DNA of 63,400 nt, filler included, from Stramenopiles sp. TOSAG23-2 (Eukaryota), in the NCBI GenBank assembly GCA_900128395.1. It is 8 parts of 8 records of this genome, joined end to end, with 100 filler letters (N's around TTAATTAATTAA, not from the genome) between each part and the next. Parts side by side here need not be neighbours in the genome. Positions count along the whole stretch, not along the records: positions 1 to 11,661 come from LT649909.1; positions 11,762 to 23,418 come from LT649910.1; 6 more parts are not named here. One strand, given 5' to 3'. Made by a program: the position numbers and the translations under genes. Shown one piece after another: positions 1-12,270 of the stretch (its first letter is position 1; every line of letters begins with the position of its first letter). Under the pieces are notes generated by a model, which did not search any database, was not told the DNA's origin, and was given only the letters and a program-made list of their open reading frames with translations.

Positions 1-186
1 GTTGTTGATGGTAGTCATTGGTGAAGCAAGTCTTCTTGTGTGGTTCACTGCTCTCATATATGTAGTAATATCCCCACCGCATTCGGTCATCCAATTAGCT
101 TGATATCTGCGCCTTGTCCATGTTACTACACTGCCTGTATTGCTTTGTATTTCTATTGTACCATCATGATTATCATACCATGACAT
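1..186 (-). CDS. Partial hypothetical protein running off the window edge (MSWYDNHDGTIEIQSNTGSVVTWTRRRYQANW...)
   Basis: Manual translation: ATG at 186 and 62 open codons to position 1; more GC-rich than the upstream flank; not in the ORF track. Confidence 0.45.
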   Translation of the reverse strand, partial: MSWYDNHDGTIEIQSNTGSVVTWTRRRYQANWMTECGGDITTYMRAVNHTRRLASPMTTINN

Positions 187-867
187 ACTGTTTCTTCTGG
201 TCCTCTGTTATCATCATTGTTGCTTTTAATAATGATATATATTAATATTAAATTATATAGTTTCTTGTGTTATTATTATTGTTATATTTGATGTTTCTAT
301 ATTATATCATTTGTGTAGAATATGCAAGGCAGGGCAGTTTGCAGGAATATATTCACCTCTTCCTCCAATGGAAAGTCTGTATATATCTATTTTAGTTGTT
401 GTTGTTGTTCATTTTAATTTAGACTTTTTTATACATGTACTTTATTCAAATATTATTATTTATTTTTTATTTTATTCTATTGAAAAAATCCAAAAATGTA
501 ATGCTGTGCCATTAGGATGAAAATGCAATATACCGCTACTGGGAATTCGGGATCATTTCTTTTTCTCATCGAGATACAATCATTAAGGTAATGGCAGTCG
601 TCTTTAGGTACTGTGTATTTGAATATTGGCAGGAGAGATTAATTATTGGAAAAGGCGAAAAGGCTTCAGAAGTGCAGAACTGGGGCAACTGCAGCAAATT
701 TTGTAACTAATTGGCTAATTGGCTCAGACACTGTATTCTTTTGAGAGCATAGGAATTGTCATGGGGTAGAAATAAAAAATTAAAATACGCGTACTCTCAA
801 AAACTACTCTTGCATCGTATTTACCGGAAGAAATATTAAATTTTTGACTGAGACAATCATAAAATTT

Positions 868-1188
868 TTATTCCTCAATACTCCAAGCATTCTCCGCTTT
901 AACTTTCGATGGTGGTGGTGGTGGTGGTTGTGGTGCAACCGTCGTTAAAGACGCCTCCTTCTCCTTGTTTACAATAGATGATGGATGTACTTTGACCTTG
1001 TTACCATTACCATCACCCATCACACTACTATTGTTCTTTTTGTTTTGATAACGTTTAAATCTTTCTTTACCACTTGGTGTTGCCATAGACGCTTGTGTGG
1101 TAATTGTATTTTGTTCACTGAATTTCTCAGCATGGGACATTCTCAGCAGCAGCACGCAACAAAACAATATCCTGAAAAACGACTTCAT
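868..1188 (-). CDS. Small hypothetical protein, possible signal peptide and poly-Pro tail
   Basis: Part of ORF 868..1350; ATG at 1188 gives MKSFFRILFCCVLLLRMSHA; C-terminal QPPPPPPS; no family recognised. Confidence 0.35.
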   Translation of the reverse strand: MKSFFRILFCCVLLLRMSHAEKFSEQNTITTQASMATPSGKERFKRYQNKKNNSSVMGDGNGNKVKVHPSSIVNKEKEASLTTVAPQPPPPPPSKVKAENAWSIEE

Positions 1189-2176
1189 TTTTTCTGCGTA
1201 GTTACGATATGAATACGTATGTTTTTTTTTTGCAGTAGTACGAGGAATGGGATAGGAGTAATTCACGGCTACCCTGTTTTCAAATCGCAGTGGTTTGCCT
1301 TTGTACGTTGTATTGTCAGTAAAATGTTCTTGAGGTATTTTATGAAACATAAAAAACGGGCCAATGATAAACCGGGGACAATGGCTACTCGTAACTTGTA
1401 ATACTACGAATATTTATATATTTACAGTGTACGCAAATATATGTATATATATATATGTATATATGTATATATGTATATGTCTAATTGAACTAATATGTGT
1501 ATATATATAAATGCATATATATATATATATATTTTACATTTGCTTTTTTGGATATTGGATACACAATACTGTGTGCTTGCTATTTGAAATTATTTTTTTT
1601 TTTTTGTCATGATTGCTCGTTGGACATGGGGGATTCTGGATTTCCACGTATATATAAATAGATTGCTTTGTTTCACATATTGTGTCACTGGTTAACCGGA
1701 AAACTGTTGGTCAAAAACTGTAATTTTTAAACTTTATTCACTATAGAATAATTTTTCTATGATTTCGGATATTTGATACTTTTTCATCGCATGATTTTAT
1801 TATTGTTTGTGCCGAATTTGCAATCCCTTTTGCAATAGTGAATGCTGTTATTTAGGAAAACACGCGTTCGGATAGATACAAAACACGATATACAAAAATA
1901 AAAATGGGAATAATGGTAATATTTAATCAAGTTTCAAGAAGTTCCCAAATAGAAATAGGCGTCATATGATTTAGATTACAGCAACTACAGCCCCTTTATT
2001 TCTAGAATGAATGAATTTATTAATAATAAAAAGATATCCACACATACACACATGTAGAGATAGAATATACAAGGACAACAAGAATAACACATAAATATAT
2101 ATATATATATAAACCTACACCTATATATATATAAATAAACAGATAAACGAACAAACAACTATACCCCAAAAAAAAA

Positions 2177-2431
2177 ATGTCGAAAACGATACCAGCAACA
2201 CATGATATTCGTGCAGTTGACTTTGATGATGTGAAAACATTTTTCGAAGAAATTGAAAAAGATACGAACTTGTTACATGCAGATGAACTAAAGTTTGCAA
2301 GAAATTTTCTAGGAAAATTTGGTGCAACGATCCCTCCATTCAAAGAAGAGGAAGACGATGACGACGACGACGACGACGATATGCCAGATTTGGAAGAAGT
2401 TAATGAAACAACAAATGAAAAACCAAAAGCT

Positions 2432-2466
<35 letters not shown>

Positions 2467-3469
2467 GGAAGAAGAAGAAGACGAAGAGATTGTATTAGAT
2501 GCACCAGAATTAGAAGAAGAATCAGAACCTTTCCCAGCACTTGCACCAGAAGATCAAAATCCAAGTGATGATGATAGAGGTAAAGCTGGTGAATTGAAAA
2601 TGAAAGCAAATGATGCGAAGGGTAGTGGTGATTTAGCAAAAGCAATTGAGTTATTGACGGAAGCGATACAATTAGCAACATCTCCATTAACATATGGTAA
2701 ACGAGCAGAATTATTATTAAAATCCAAACGACCATGTGCTGCAATTAATGATTGTACGGCTGCATTGAAATCGAATCCAGATTCATGTAAGAATTTAAAA
2801 ATTCGTGGACAAGCATATTATAAAATTGGTAAATATGAATTAGCAGCAACTGATTTAAGAAAAGCCATGGCAATTGATTTTGATCCAAATTTAGGTGAAA
2901 TTATGAAGAAAGTAAATGAAAACATGGAAAAGATCAATCAAAAAAAAGTCAAACAACGTCTACGTGAAGAAAAAAAAGAAAGAAAACGTAAAGAAAAAAT
3001 AATCAAAGAACGTAAAGCAGCACAAAAACGTGCAGCGGAGGAAGCAAAGAAACAACAACAATCATCTTCGATGCCTGGAATGTCTGGTATGCCTGGTATG
3101 GGTGGTGGTGGTGGTGGTGGCCCTGGTGGAATGGGCATGGGCCAAATCGAACAATTATTGCAAATGTTATGTGCCTCTGATCCAGAATTAGCGGCTGGAT
3201 ATCAAAAACCAAAAATCAAAGCTGCAATTAGTAAAATCTTTAGTAATCCTGCGATTATGCAAAATCCTGCAATGTTGCAAGAGTTATTAAAGGATCCTGA
3301 AGTCATGGCATTTTACGGTAAATTAATGCCAAAGTTACAAGGAATGATGGGTGGCATGGGTGGTATGGGTGGTGGTGGTATGCCGGGAATGTCTGGTATG
3401 CCTGGCATGAATGGTGGCGGTGGTGGTGGTTTTCCAGGTGGCTTTCCTGGTGGCTTTCCAGGACGATAA
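2177..3469 (+). CDS. ST13: Hsc70-interacting protein (Hip/ST13) co-chaperone
   Basis: N-terminal dimerisation motif (LLHADELKF..FLGKFGATIP), acidic tract, TPR region (AAINDCTAALKSNPDS..RGQAY), charged coil, GMPGM repeats, STI1-like DP domain (SDPEL..NPA..KDPEVM). Confidence 0.93.
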
Positions 3470-3896
3470 ATGTGTTTTGTGTGTGTGTTGTGTGTAAACG
3501 CGTGCGACGTGCGGCGTATAGGCTTTGTGAAGAAAGAAGAATATATTTGTAAAAATATATACAAACGTATTGGAATAAAATTCTTGGTGAATACACACGA
3601 CAGAGGGGATAATAAACAAAAAACAAGATATGATTATGGGTGTGTGTGTGTGTGTATGAACGTATGAAGAACTTTAAAATATTAAGTTTTAATGATTTTT
3701 AATTTGAACATAAACACACAATATGAAATTTATTTTTTTTTTTACATTTTTTATTTTTATAATTTTTAAAAACTCTTCACAGATCGTACACAAATGTTTC
3801 ACACCTTCTTATCATATTATCCACCATACTAAAAAAAGTATGAAGATAAAAACATAGGAACCGAACACTATATCATCATATGATACCTCTCTCTTC

Positions 3897-4790
3897 TCAT
3901 TTCGTATCTTCTCTTGTTTTTACTTCTTCAATACCTGCAGCAACTATCGATGGCAATTCTTTTGGACGTTGATTTTCCTCTGGTAAATTATTAATTTGAT
4001 TAAATACACCCATCCCAAATACAACACGTGCAAATGCAACACATTTCTTATCAAGCCATGACATATTTTTCAACGTAACGAAAAATTGGGATTTATTCGT
4101 ATGTGGGCCAACATTTGCCATCGATACAATACCAGCACGGCCATGACTAACTGCAAATCCTTCATCAGCAAATGTCCCACCAGAAGCAGAATCACCACCA
4201 TCGCCTCTACCACCATCAATATCACCACCTTGTACATAACCATCTTTCATAACACGATGAAATGGGGAACCTACATATGAACGTCCTGATTGACCAGTAC
4301 ATAAACGTCGGAAATTATCACAAGTGTTTGGGCATAAATCATCATACATTTCGATTAATACTCTGGTTGGTTGAGGCTCTCCAACTATTTGCACGTCCAT
4401 ATAACAAAATGAATTATTACTATTTTTCATCCATGAATCTTTTGCTTTTGACGCAATTTCATCATATATACTTTGTTCGTTATCTAAAGCAATTTCATAT
4501 ACTTTTCTAGCCCATTTACGAAATTCTACTACACCACCAACATAATTGCAACCATTGTAATACACAAATGGTGATGATTTATGATTGTATGCATCTCCAC
4601 CAATTTCTTTCGTAATTTTTTGTAAAAAATCTAAATAATCAGTTTCCACTAATGCTTTAATTTCTAACGTTACAGGTGCAAATTCTTCACTTATTGCCGT
4701 TGCTAATAAACGACATTCATGAAAAGCAGGGTCATCCAAATTACCAACTACGGATAATAATACATTGGTTACTTCTGGTAAATCAGCCAT
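3897..4790 (-). CDS. PPIL6: PPIL6-like cyclophilin with N-terminal extension, probably catalytically impaired
   Basis: CPNTCDNFRRLCTG, FHRVMKDGYVQGGD, SMANVGPHTNKSQFFVTL; the CypA F60 and H126 equivalents appear as G and C; likely start MADLPEV at 4790. Confidence 0.8.
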   Translation of the reverse strand: MADLPEVTNVLLSVVGNLDDPAFHECRLLATAISEEFAPVTLEIKALVETDYLDFLQKITKEIGGDAYNHKSSPFVYYNGCNYVGGVVEFRKWARKVYEIALDNEQSIYDEIASKAKDSWMKNSNNSFCYMDVQIVGEPQPTRVLIEMYDDLCPNTCDNFRRLCTGQSGRSYVGSPFHRVMKDGYVQGGDIDGGRGDGGDSASGGTFADEGFAVSHGRAGIVSMANVGPHTNKSQFFVTLKNMSWLDKKCVAFARVVFGMGVFNQINNLPEENQRPKELPSIVAAGIEEVKTREDTK

Positions 4791-5484
4791 GTTTTTATAT
4801 ATCTTATTATTATATTCGTTTATATCTTTTATATGTCTTTGTGATATTATACTATACCGATACTTGTTGTTCTTACCTACCATCTACTTGTTCCTCATCA
4901 CTACAAACTCTCTCTCTCATATATATATATTTTATCGTTAAACGTTTCGCTGTGGTGATTTTTTTCGCAAACAAAAACGAAAAACCTTGCCTGTCCAAAA
5001 ATATACTTGTTAGTATACATGCACAATTGTCAATTTATAATTTGTACTTGTCTGTATACAATAAGTACCTATCAAACGTTTTTTGCGAGTGGAAAGTGGA
5101 AAAGGGAAAAGCACCTGACGACTGAATGATACTGCTATCCAGCTACTATTTATTGTGAAGGCATAAATAACACATCACAAGTCTTATTTGTATGCTAATC
5201 AAGATAGAAGTAAAATTAAGGTTTTTCATCGATTTGATGTGCCTATTTAGGATATAAATAGCACCTACTATTATTTATATGCTAATCTACAAATAATATA
5301 ATCGTTGAAACGTGCAAACAAAAAACAGTTCGGAAACACACAAAAAATATTGTAAAGTTATATATTGTTTGATCGAAGACACATCGTAGATATAGATAGG
5401 TTTGTATGTATATGCTAATATTCAACAGCATTATTATTACTACTACCTTGTAACATACTAACAAATTGAAATAATAATAGCGAC

Positions 5485-6582
5485 ATGAATCGTTTAGCAA
5501 ATGTGGAAGCATATCGTCTCTCATCTGTTGTAGATGAAGCGTTGGAATCGTTGAAATTTTTATCACGTTTAGATAATGAGACATTAAAAACTTTGTCCAG
5601 TCAAGATGCTGTATTTAATAACTTGTTTAGGACGGAACAACGGTATCAAGGTTTAGTAGCTGAAAGTGTACGCATGGACCGTCGGCCAAAAGAATTGGAT
5701 GGTGCTGGGGTACAAGTCCGCACGGCAACGAAAGATTTATGTAGAGCTGTGAAAACAAAACAGCAATTATCCGATAGTGCTAATGAAGTATTGCCAGAAG
5801 ATGGCTCGGACCGTGTGAAAATATTAAGAAGTGTATTAGCTGATTTAAAAAAAATTGTTAGGGTAAAGTTATGTACAACTGTTGAACAGGAGGAGACTAA
5901 GAATGAAAATATCGCAGCATTGACGATGAAAACGAAAGATGCGCAAAAAGACGTGGAAGAATTAGAAATTCAATTACGCATTGAACGGAATAAGAAAGAA
6001 AAGAATTTATCACGCTTTAACGATATAATAACAAAATTAAATGCAGAATTAGCAGATTTAAAAGATAAAACAGAAGCTGGAAGAAAAAAATTACAAAAAG
6101 AAACTGAAGATTCACGTACTACCAATCAACAATCGCATGAAAGCCGTGTAAAGGAATACGAAGAGAGGTTAGAAAAATTGAGAGAAGCAGTTAGCAATCA
6201 ACAAAAAGAAAATGCAGAGGCGGAGGCAAAAGCTAGGAAAACAAAAATGAAATTAGAAACGGAAGTGATTACTTGGGTGAAGAACTATGATAATGATATG
6301 AATGAAAAACAAGATTTAATTGATACATTAAATGAAAAATATGATGCTGAAAAAGCAGATTTACGAAGATTAAGTGAATTCTTTGCTAAAATTGATCGTG
6401 ATAAAGCAAATGAGGATGAAGAAAATGCTGAAGCGGAGGCTGAACGTGAACGTTTACGTATGGCTATGCGAAGAATTGATTTAGCATGTGCAAAAATACA
6501 AGCATTAGTACGTGGTGTACAAGCACGTGTTGCCGCAACAAAGAAAGGTAAAAAGAAAGGTAAAAAAGGTAAAAAAAAGTAA
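5485..6582 (+). CDS. DRC10: Dynein regulatory complex protein 10 (IQCD-like)
   Basis: N-terminus MNRLANVEAYRL..VVDE, long coiled coil with WVKNYDNDM, C-terminal IQ motif KIQALVRG and KKGKKK tail. Confidence 0.82.
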   Translation: MNRLANVEAYRLSSVVDEALESLKFLSRLDNETLKTLSSQDAVFNNLFRTEQRYQGLVAESVRMDRRPKELDGAGVQVRTATKDLCRAVKTKQQLSDSANEVLPEDGSDRVKILRSVLADLKKIVRVKLCTTVEQEETKNENIAALTMKTKDAQKDVEELEIQLRIERNKKEKNLSRFNDIITKLNAELADLKDKTEAGRKKLQKETEDSRTTNQQSHESRVKEYEERLEKLREAVSNQQKENAEAEAKARKTKMKLETEVITWVKNYDNDMNEKQDLIDTLNEKYDAEKADLRRLSEFFAKIDRDKANEDEENAEAEAERERLRMAMRRIDLACAKIQALVRGVQARVAATKKGKKKGKKGKKK

Positions 6583-6708
6583 AAAAATAAAAAAATGATT
6601 TTACAAGCATTAGTACGTGGTGTACAAGCACGTGTTGCCGCAACAAAGAAAGGTAAAAAGAAAGGTAAAAAAGGTAAAAAAAAGTAAAAAAATAAAAAAA
6701 TGATTTTA
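6497..6708. repeat. Perfect tandem duplication, 105-bp period, spanning the DRC10 stop codon
   Basis: 6497-6601 is repeated from 6602 (tacaagcattagtacgtgg...aaaatgattt). Confidence 0.95.
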
Positions 6709-6860
6709 GTGTGTGTGTATTAAAAAAATATGAGACACCGGGGGGGAGGTAAAAGTTTTAAAACCAACGCATGCACTTTGTAAAAACTGTATTTTTTTAT
6801 TATTTTATACTAAAAAATATACTTCGGTAATTAATGCACGCCGTGTACACACACACTGCG

Positions 6861-7926
6861 CTATCTTTTTGCTTTCCCCATAATGTATCTCACTTTTTTA
6901 AAATCGATACGTTAGTGTGAACAAACACACAAAAAAAATATATATAAAATATGAGTAAGAGAAAAACACATATAATATATATGATATACTAAATGATAAA
7001 AAAATACACTCTCTAATATTCTCTATCTCACCCTTGTTTTTTTTCTTTTTTTCTATTTCTTCCTCTCCACCAGTATCATCTGGTACAATGATATTTGGTG
7101 GGTGCTGCACAACCGTGCCATATGCAACAATATTTTTCATAAAATTCTCATCATTTGAATCAACTATATCTTCAAATCGCACACGTTCGCCATTAATTGT
7201 ATTATATATTGAAAAATCATCTAATATATAAACAATATTATTGCCATCTTTGTGTAATTTACGAAAACTTTTTGGTAATTTCCTTGGTTCCATCTCATCG
7301 TTTAAATGATTTTCTATCATACCTTTTGCATTGTTTTTACTAATAAAATTCGGTATCATATTTTCTTCAACTATTTGACTATATTTTACATTCTTTTCTT
7401 TTAAAAAATTTCGTTCAAAATTACCTATTGTCAAAAATCGTGTATTTTCTTCATTTAAACTAACATTCCTCGTTTTACATGGTGCTAAATTTTTGCATAA
7501 ATCGACTTCTTCGCTAAGTTGGAGATCTACGTCTTTTAAATCCTTGATAATTGGAGGTGGTCCCGGATTAGGAGGCGCGGGTCCAGGTTCCTTACGTTTA
7601 ACGCGCTTTTTTCTCTTTTTTAGAATTTCTTCACCTTCTTTGGTCTCGTTATCATCCGTTTTAGGTGCATTATCCTTTGAATCTTCACCTTTTTCTTCCT
7701 TCTCTTCTGCTTCTTCTTCTTCTTCTTCTTCGGAGTCGGAGTCGGAGTCTTCGGACTCTTCTTCCGATTCATCATCTGATTCCTGTTCTGATGTCTCCTC
7801 ACCAGATTCTTCCTCTGATTCTTCTTCGCCACTTTCTTCTTCACCGCTCTCCTCTTCACCACTTTCAGATACTTCTTCCTCCTCTGATTCTGAATTTGAT
7901 ACTTCTTCCTCTGACGATGATGACAT
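6861..7926 (-). CDS. Acidic Ser/Glu-rich protein with RFTS (DNMT1-RFD)-like segment; probable intron 7031..6893
   Basis: ORF 6898..7926 drifts into AT-rich non-coding-like sequence; donor GTGAGA at 7031, branch ACTAAC, acceptor AAG at 6893 give last exon VRYIMGKAKR*; segment ILDDFSIYNTINGERVRFEDI...IVAYGTV. Confidence 0.55.
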
Positions 7927-8660
7927 ATTTACTATTTATTTAATTATAATATATATATATTAATTTAAATAGAAAAAAACAACAACAAAATAAAAGAATA
8001 AAACAAAATAACAAAACTAGTGTGTATATATATATATATATATAATGTGGTATATATAAAGTGTACTTAATAATAATTTATTTCTTCTGCTTTGATCAAT
8101 GTCTTCAAAAAAGAAATTGTTGTTGTTTCTATTAGTTTGTTGTTTCTACATTTATTTAACATTCGAACCATTCATTCAATTTTACCATCTCTGATTTTAG
8201 GATTTTACACATCTCCTAGTATCTTTTTGTTTGCTGTCAGGTTTACTTACTCAGGAAACCTTAACGAGCAAATCCACTACGCACCTCGCACCTCAATCGG
8301 AGCGTAGCGTATTTAAGGTTTACTATTCTAGATGCTATGTCCATGATGTATAGTAAGAATTTCAATATGCTGCTGTGTGCTGCCGACAAGATTTTCAAAA
8401 CTGCTTTTTTTTGTATTAATATATTTGTTACACATTGTAGTTAAAGTATACCAAAAATAAATTGTATAATACCCTATTATTCGCTATACATCTCAAAAAA
8501 GTTTTTTCGCGAGTTGTTATATATTTTAAAAGATATGCCAATTTGGATAAAGTTAATAGTGAAAAGGGTGTGTGTTTGCGCCGGAGAAGAGACGATATAC
8601 TACATACTGTATATATTATCCAACAAGAAAGACGAAGATAGTTTTGGAAAAAAGAAGTAT

Positions 8661-8843
8661 ATGAATCGAAATGCCATTACAGCATTATTGTTTTTGTTTG
8701 GGTCGTTAATATTTACGTTAGATAGTATTTTTTATATTATTGAAAATGCTCAAAATCACCATGGGTATTTATATTGCGTTGGGAGTATAGCATTTTCAAT
8801 TGGAAGTTATATATCTTATACAACAACAACACAACAAAAATGA
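8661..8843 (+). CDS. Small two-TM membrane protein, YrhK-like
   Basis: ATG at 8661; LLFLFGSLIFTLDS and YLYCVGSIAFSIGS match the repeated GS-x2-F-x2-GS pattern of YrhK-like proteins. Confidence 0.55.
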   Translation: MNRNAITALLFLFGSLIFTLDSIFYIIENAQNHHGYLYCVGSIAFSIGSYISYTTTTQQK

Positions 8844-9138
8844 AAATTAATATGTAAAAAATAATATATAGAGATTGAAACATGTCGTGTAATATATAGA
8901 GTAATATATTTAAAGAATTTACAATAAATGTTGCACTCGACTTCTAGGTAATATAAATACGCTTGTATGTAAAACAATGTTGATAAAAAAATCTACTTTT
9001 GTATAGAAAAAAAATAAAAACATATTTTCTAAAAACATACGAACCGTAATATAATATTATACAAAAAAACCTCGTGTATAATATATATATATACACACAC
9101 ACACAGAGCACACATTCTTCTCACATGCATAATCATTT

Positions 9139-11316
9139 TCACAATAACACTTTCATATCTTCTTTCATACCTTTGATTAAATCATTACGATCCTTACCAT
9201 CACCATCCTTCTCATTTCCATTATTCATACGTCGATGGGATGACCATTTCTCATAATCCTTCATTGCAGAACTTGCTTCATTTGCTTCTGGGGATGCAGC
9301 AATTACACTATTTGATTTCGATACTTTCGGTTCTAAATATAGATGAAATATATAATACCATCGTTTCCAATCTATTGGCAATGATCGATTGCATAGTTTT
9401 TTTATATACATATCAACATTTTTTTTAAATGATAATATTTCATTTAATAATATTTTAATTCCATATAAATCTATTTTGAACTCCGATTTTTTACCTTTAT
9501 ATTTAGGTGTTTTATCATTTGATAAATATAAATCCAATGTCATCAAGATTTTACCAATTACAAATGTAAATGATTTTGAAATATATAATGGAAAATGTGA
9601 TCCAACAGTTACATAAGTTGCTTTATTAAAACATTGATTATGATTTTCAATACCAACAAGAAATCCTTTGAAAATATCATTAAGTAAACCGTTTACAAGA
9701 TTTTTATTCCACGCGTTATTATTGTTGTTGTTGTTGTTGTTTTTATGGAATGTACTATGATTACTTTCTTTTTCAACATTATTATTTGTTGCAATTTTAT
9801 TTTGTTGTTGCTCTTGCTCTTGTTGTCGTTGTTTTGTTTTCTTGTAATATGAAGTCGCTCTAAAATGATGTTCGCATTCTTTATATACCGTTTCTTCTGT
9901 ATATTTTCCAATTTCTTCTTGTAAATAACCAACGATACACATCATATCATACGGATTAATATCAACTACAATAATATTTTTATCATCAATATCTTTTTTG
10001 ATTACAGAAAACCAAAGTTGTGAAAAAAATAACATTTCGCTATAGATAACACATGTCATGTACAAATTCCTTCTTGTATTAGATTCCAATAATTCTTTCG
10101 ATATTAAATACAATTGTTTCATGTGATTTAAATGTATATAAAATGTTTTTTCTAACATATTATAATATAATATATTATTATCATCTGTAATTTGGATGTG
10201 AAAAAATAATGTTATTACTTTCAACATTGCAAGTCCAGTTTTAGTCATTGTTAACATTTCAAACATGTCGTCTTTTACTTGCTTTTCATTTTCTGTTGTT
10301 GTATCCTCGTCTACTACTAGTTTTCCTTGTATTAAACGAGGTGATGATAATTCTTTAACACGTATGCGCATTTCGTTTCCCATAGCTTCACTCCAGTACA
10401 TTTGAAAAATACCAATTGTTTCTTTTTTCATTTTATTATCCGTTAACGGATTAGGCAATTTCATCAATCGTATGTTGTTGTTGTTGTTATTGCTATAATC
10501 ACTATTAATATTATTATTATCATTATCAGTAGATGATGAGAAATCCTGAATTATATTATTATTATTATTATTATTATTGCTATTCCCACGAAGAAGATCC
10601 ATCTTATTATTACATAGTAAAATTACGTAATCATTTGTATTTAAATATTGACTACAATGTTTCAATAATGTCTCACATACACCAAGTACCTTTTTCCTAA
10701 TGGAAGGATCATCTTTCATTACGTTTGCAATATTATTATCATTTGTTTTAGAAGCAATTTGACAAAGATTTGATACAAGTATACCAAAATATTTGTATAA
10801 AAAATAAGTTGAATTTACAACTTCTTCCCACATATATTTATTTGTATCAATTCCATTTTCTTGTTGCATATATTCAATAAAATGAATAACTTTTATTGGT
10901 GCCCATGTATTTATTATGGAAACGATATTATCGATAGATTTGTTTTGGAAAAATATTGTATTCACCTCGTTCCCGTCGTTATTATTATCCTTAATGTTTT
11001 CTAATATTGTTTTTGTAGTTTCAATAAACGTTAAAATATTTGATAACACAGTACCTAACTCTGATGATAATGCATGGAATAATAAACTTGATTTTTTTTC
11101 AATCGGTGCATTTGAATAAAATGTCCATACAGACGACGTACATAATTTATCCTTGTCGTATTGCCTTGTTGTTTCTTCATTATTTGTCCCTGTAAACGTA
11201 GGATATTTAATATTGTCCATAATTACTGGCGTCTTCGGTATTTTTTCAATTTCGTTTTTATTTGGTAAATAGCTAATGGTAATATTATTTTTATTACTAT
11301 TGATTGTTGTTGCCAT
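9139..11316 (-). CDS. Hypothetical Asn-rich, predicted helical protein (725 aa)
   Basis: Long uninterrupted ORF in very AT-rich DNA; no family recognised. Confidence 0.75.
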   Translation of the reverse strand: MATTINSNKNNITISYLPNKNEIEKIPKTPVIMDNIKYPTFTGTNNEETTRQYDKDKLCTSSVWTFYSNAPIEKKSSLLFHALSSELGTVLSNILTFIETTKTILENIKDNNNDGNEVNTIFFQNKSIDNIVSIINTWAPIKVIHFIEYMQQENGIDTNKYMWEEVVNSTYFLYKYFGILVSNLCQIASKTNDNNIANVMKDDPSIRKKVLGVCETLLKHCSQYLNTNDYVILLCNNKMDLLRGNSNNNNNNNNIIQDFSSSTDNDNNNINSDYSNNNNNNIRLMKLPNPLTDNKMKKETIGIFQMYWSEAMGNEMRIRVKELSSPRLIQGKLVVDEDTTTENEKQVKDDMFEMLTMTKTGLAMLKVITLFFHIQITDDNNILYYNMLEKTFYIHLNHMKQLYLISKELLESNTRRNLYMTCVIYSEMLFFSQLWFSVIKKDIDDKNIIVVDINPYDMMCIVGYLQEEIGKYTEETVYKECEHHFRATSYYKKTKQRQQEQEQQQNKIATNNNVEKESNHSTFHKNNNNNNNNNAWNKNLVNGLLNDIFKGFLVGIENHNQCFNKATYVTVGSHFPLYISKSFTFVIGKILMTLDLYLSNDKTPKYKGKKSEFKIDLYGIKILLNEILSFKKNVDMYIKKLCNRSLPIDWKRWYYIFHLYLEPKVSKSNSVIAASPEANEASSAMKDYEKWSSHRRMNNGNEKDGDGKDRNDLIKGMKEDMKVLL

Positions 11317-11661
11317 TGGTTGTATTGTTTGGTGAAGACGAAGAGGGGGTGAGAGACAGAGAGAGAGAGAGGGTGAGAGAGAGAGAGAGTTGGATGTGTT
11401 GTTATTGTTGTTATTTATATTATGTTATATAAATATAGACGTATTGCACTATTGGATGTATCAGTAATAATTCGTTTCATATATATTCAATCTAATAATA
11501 TTTTTTTTTCAAAAAAAAAATAGCTAAAAAAAAAATGCAAAACCAACAAAATTATTATCCTCCCTTCAAGTACAAAAAATACCTATTCTGGCCTATCAAA
11601 TATATCAAACACTACAAATCTATTGAGTATATGAAAAGGACTACATTAAGTATATATATAA

Positions 11662-11761
11662 NNNNNNNNNNNNNNNNNNNNNNNNNNNNNNNNNNNNNNN
11701 NNNNNTTAATTAATTAANNNNNNNNNNNNNNNNNNNNNNNNNNNNNNNNNNNNNNNNNNNN
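11662..11761. other. Artificial contig linker
   Basis: 100-nt N-run/TTAATTAATTAA/N-run; stops in all six frames. Confidence 0.99.
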
Positions 11762-12270
11762 CCAAACGATGTGCAACAACATTGCGCCTTGCAACATTTC
11801 TTAAACTTGACAACATAATTTTATTATTATTACTGTTGTTGTTTTCCTTTTTTAAATTGTTGTTTTATACTAACAATTATATGTGAAATATTAAAAAACT
11901 AATACGTCAACAAATTTGTGATGGTGGAATATGTATGTACTATTTATACATATAATAATATATATTTTATCTATTATTTATCCAATAGTAACTAGTACTA
12001 ATTTTTTTTTTATAATATCTAAAAAGACATTATTTTTTTTGTGTGGCCGGAAATGCTAATGGTATTCCCCTGTAATTTCCCCCTTTGTAATTTCGTGGGT
12101 GGTTTACGTTTTTTCCACCCAAATTTTCATCCGCAAAAATAGAGTTAATATTTAAGTGAAATTGATTTATAAAAATGATAAAATAGAAAGTAAAATTTTA
12201 AAAATCTCGAAATGACAAAAGCGGCAATTTGTTAGTATTGACACAGTAGGTAAAATGACGGATAGAAATC

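Noticed and set aside
7493-7963. Ser-rich plus-strand ORF
   Set aside because: Antisense of the Glu/Ser low-complexity tract of the real minus-strand gene
11350-11388. (GA)n tract and other (TA)n, (AAT)n, (GT)n microsatellites
   Set aside because: Ordinary low-complexity sequence throughout this AT-rich genome
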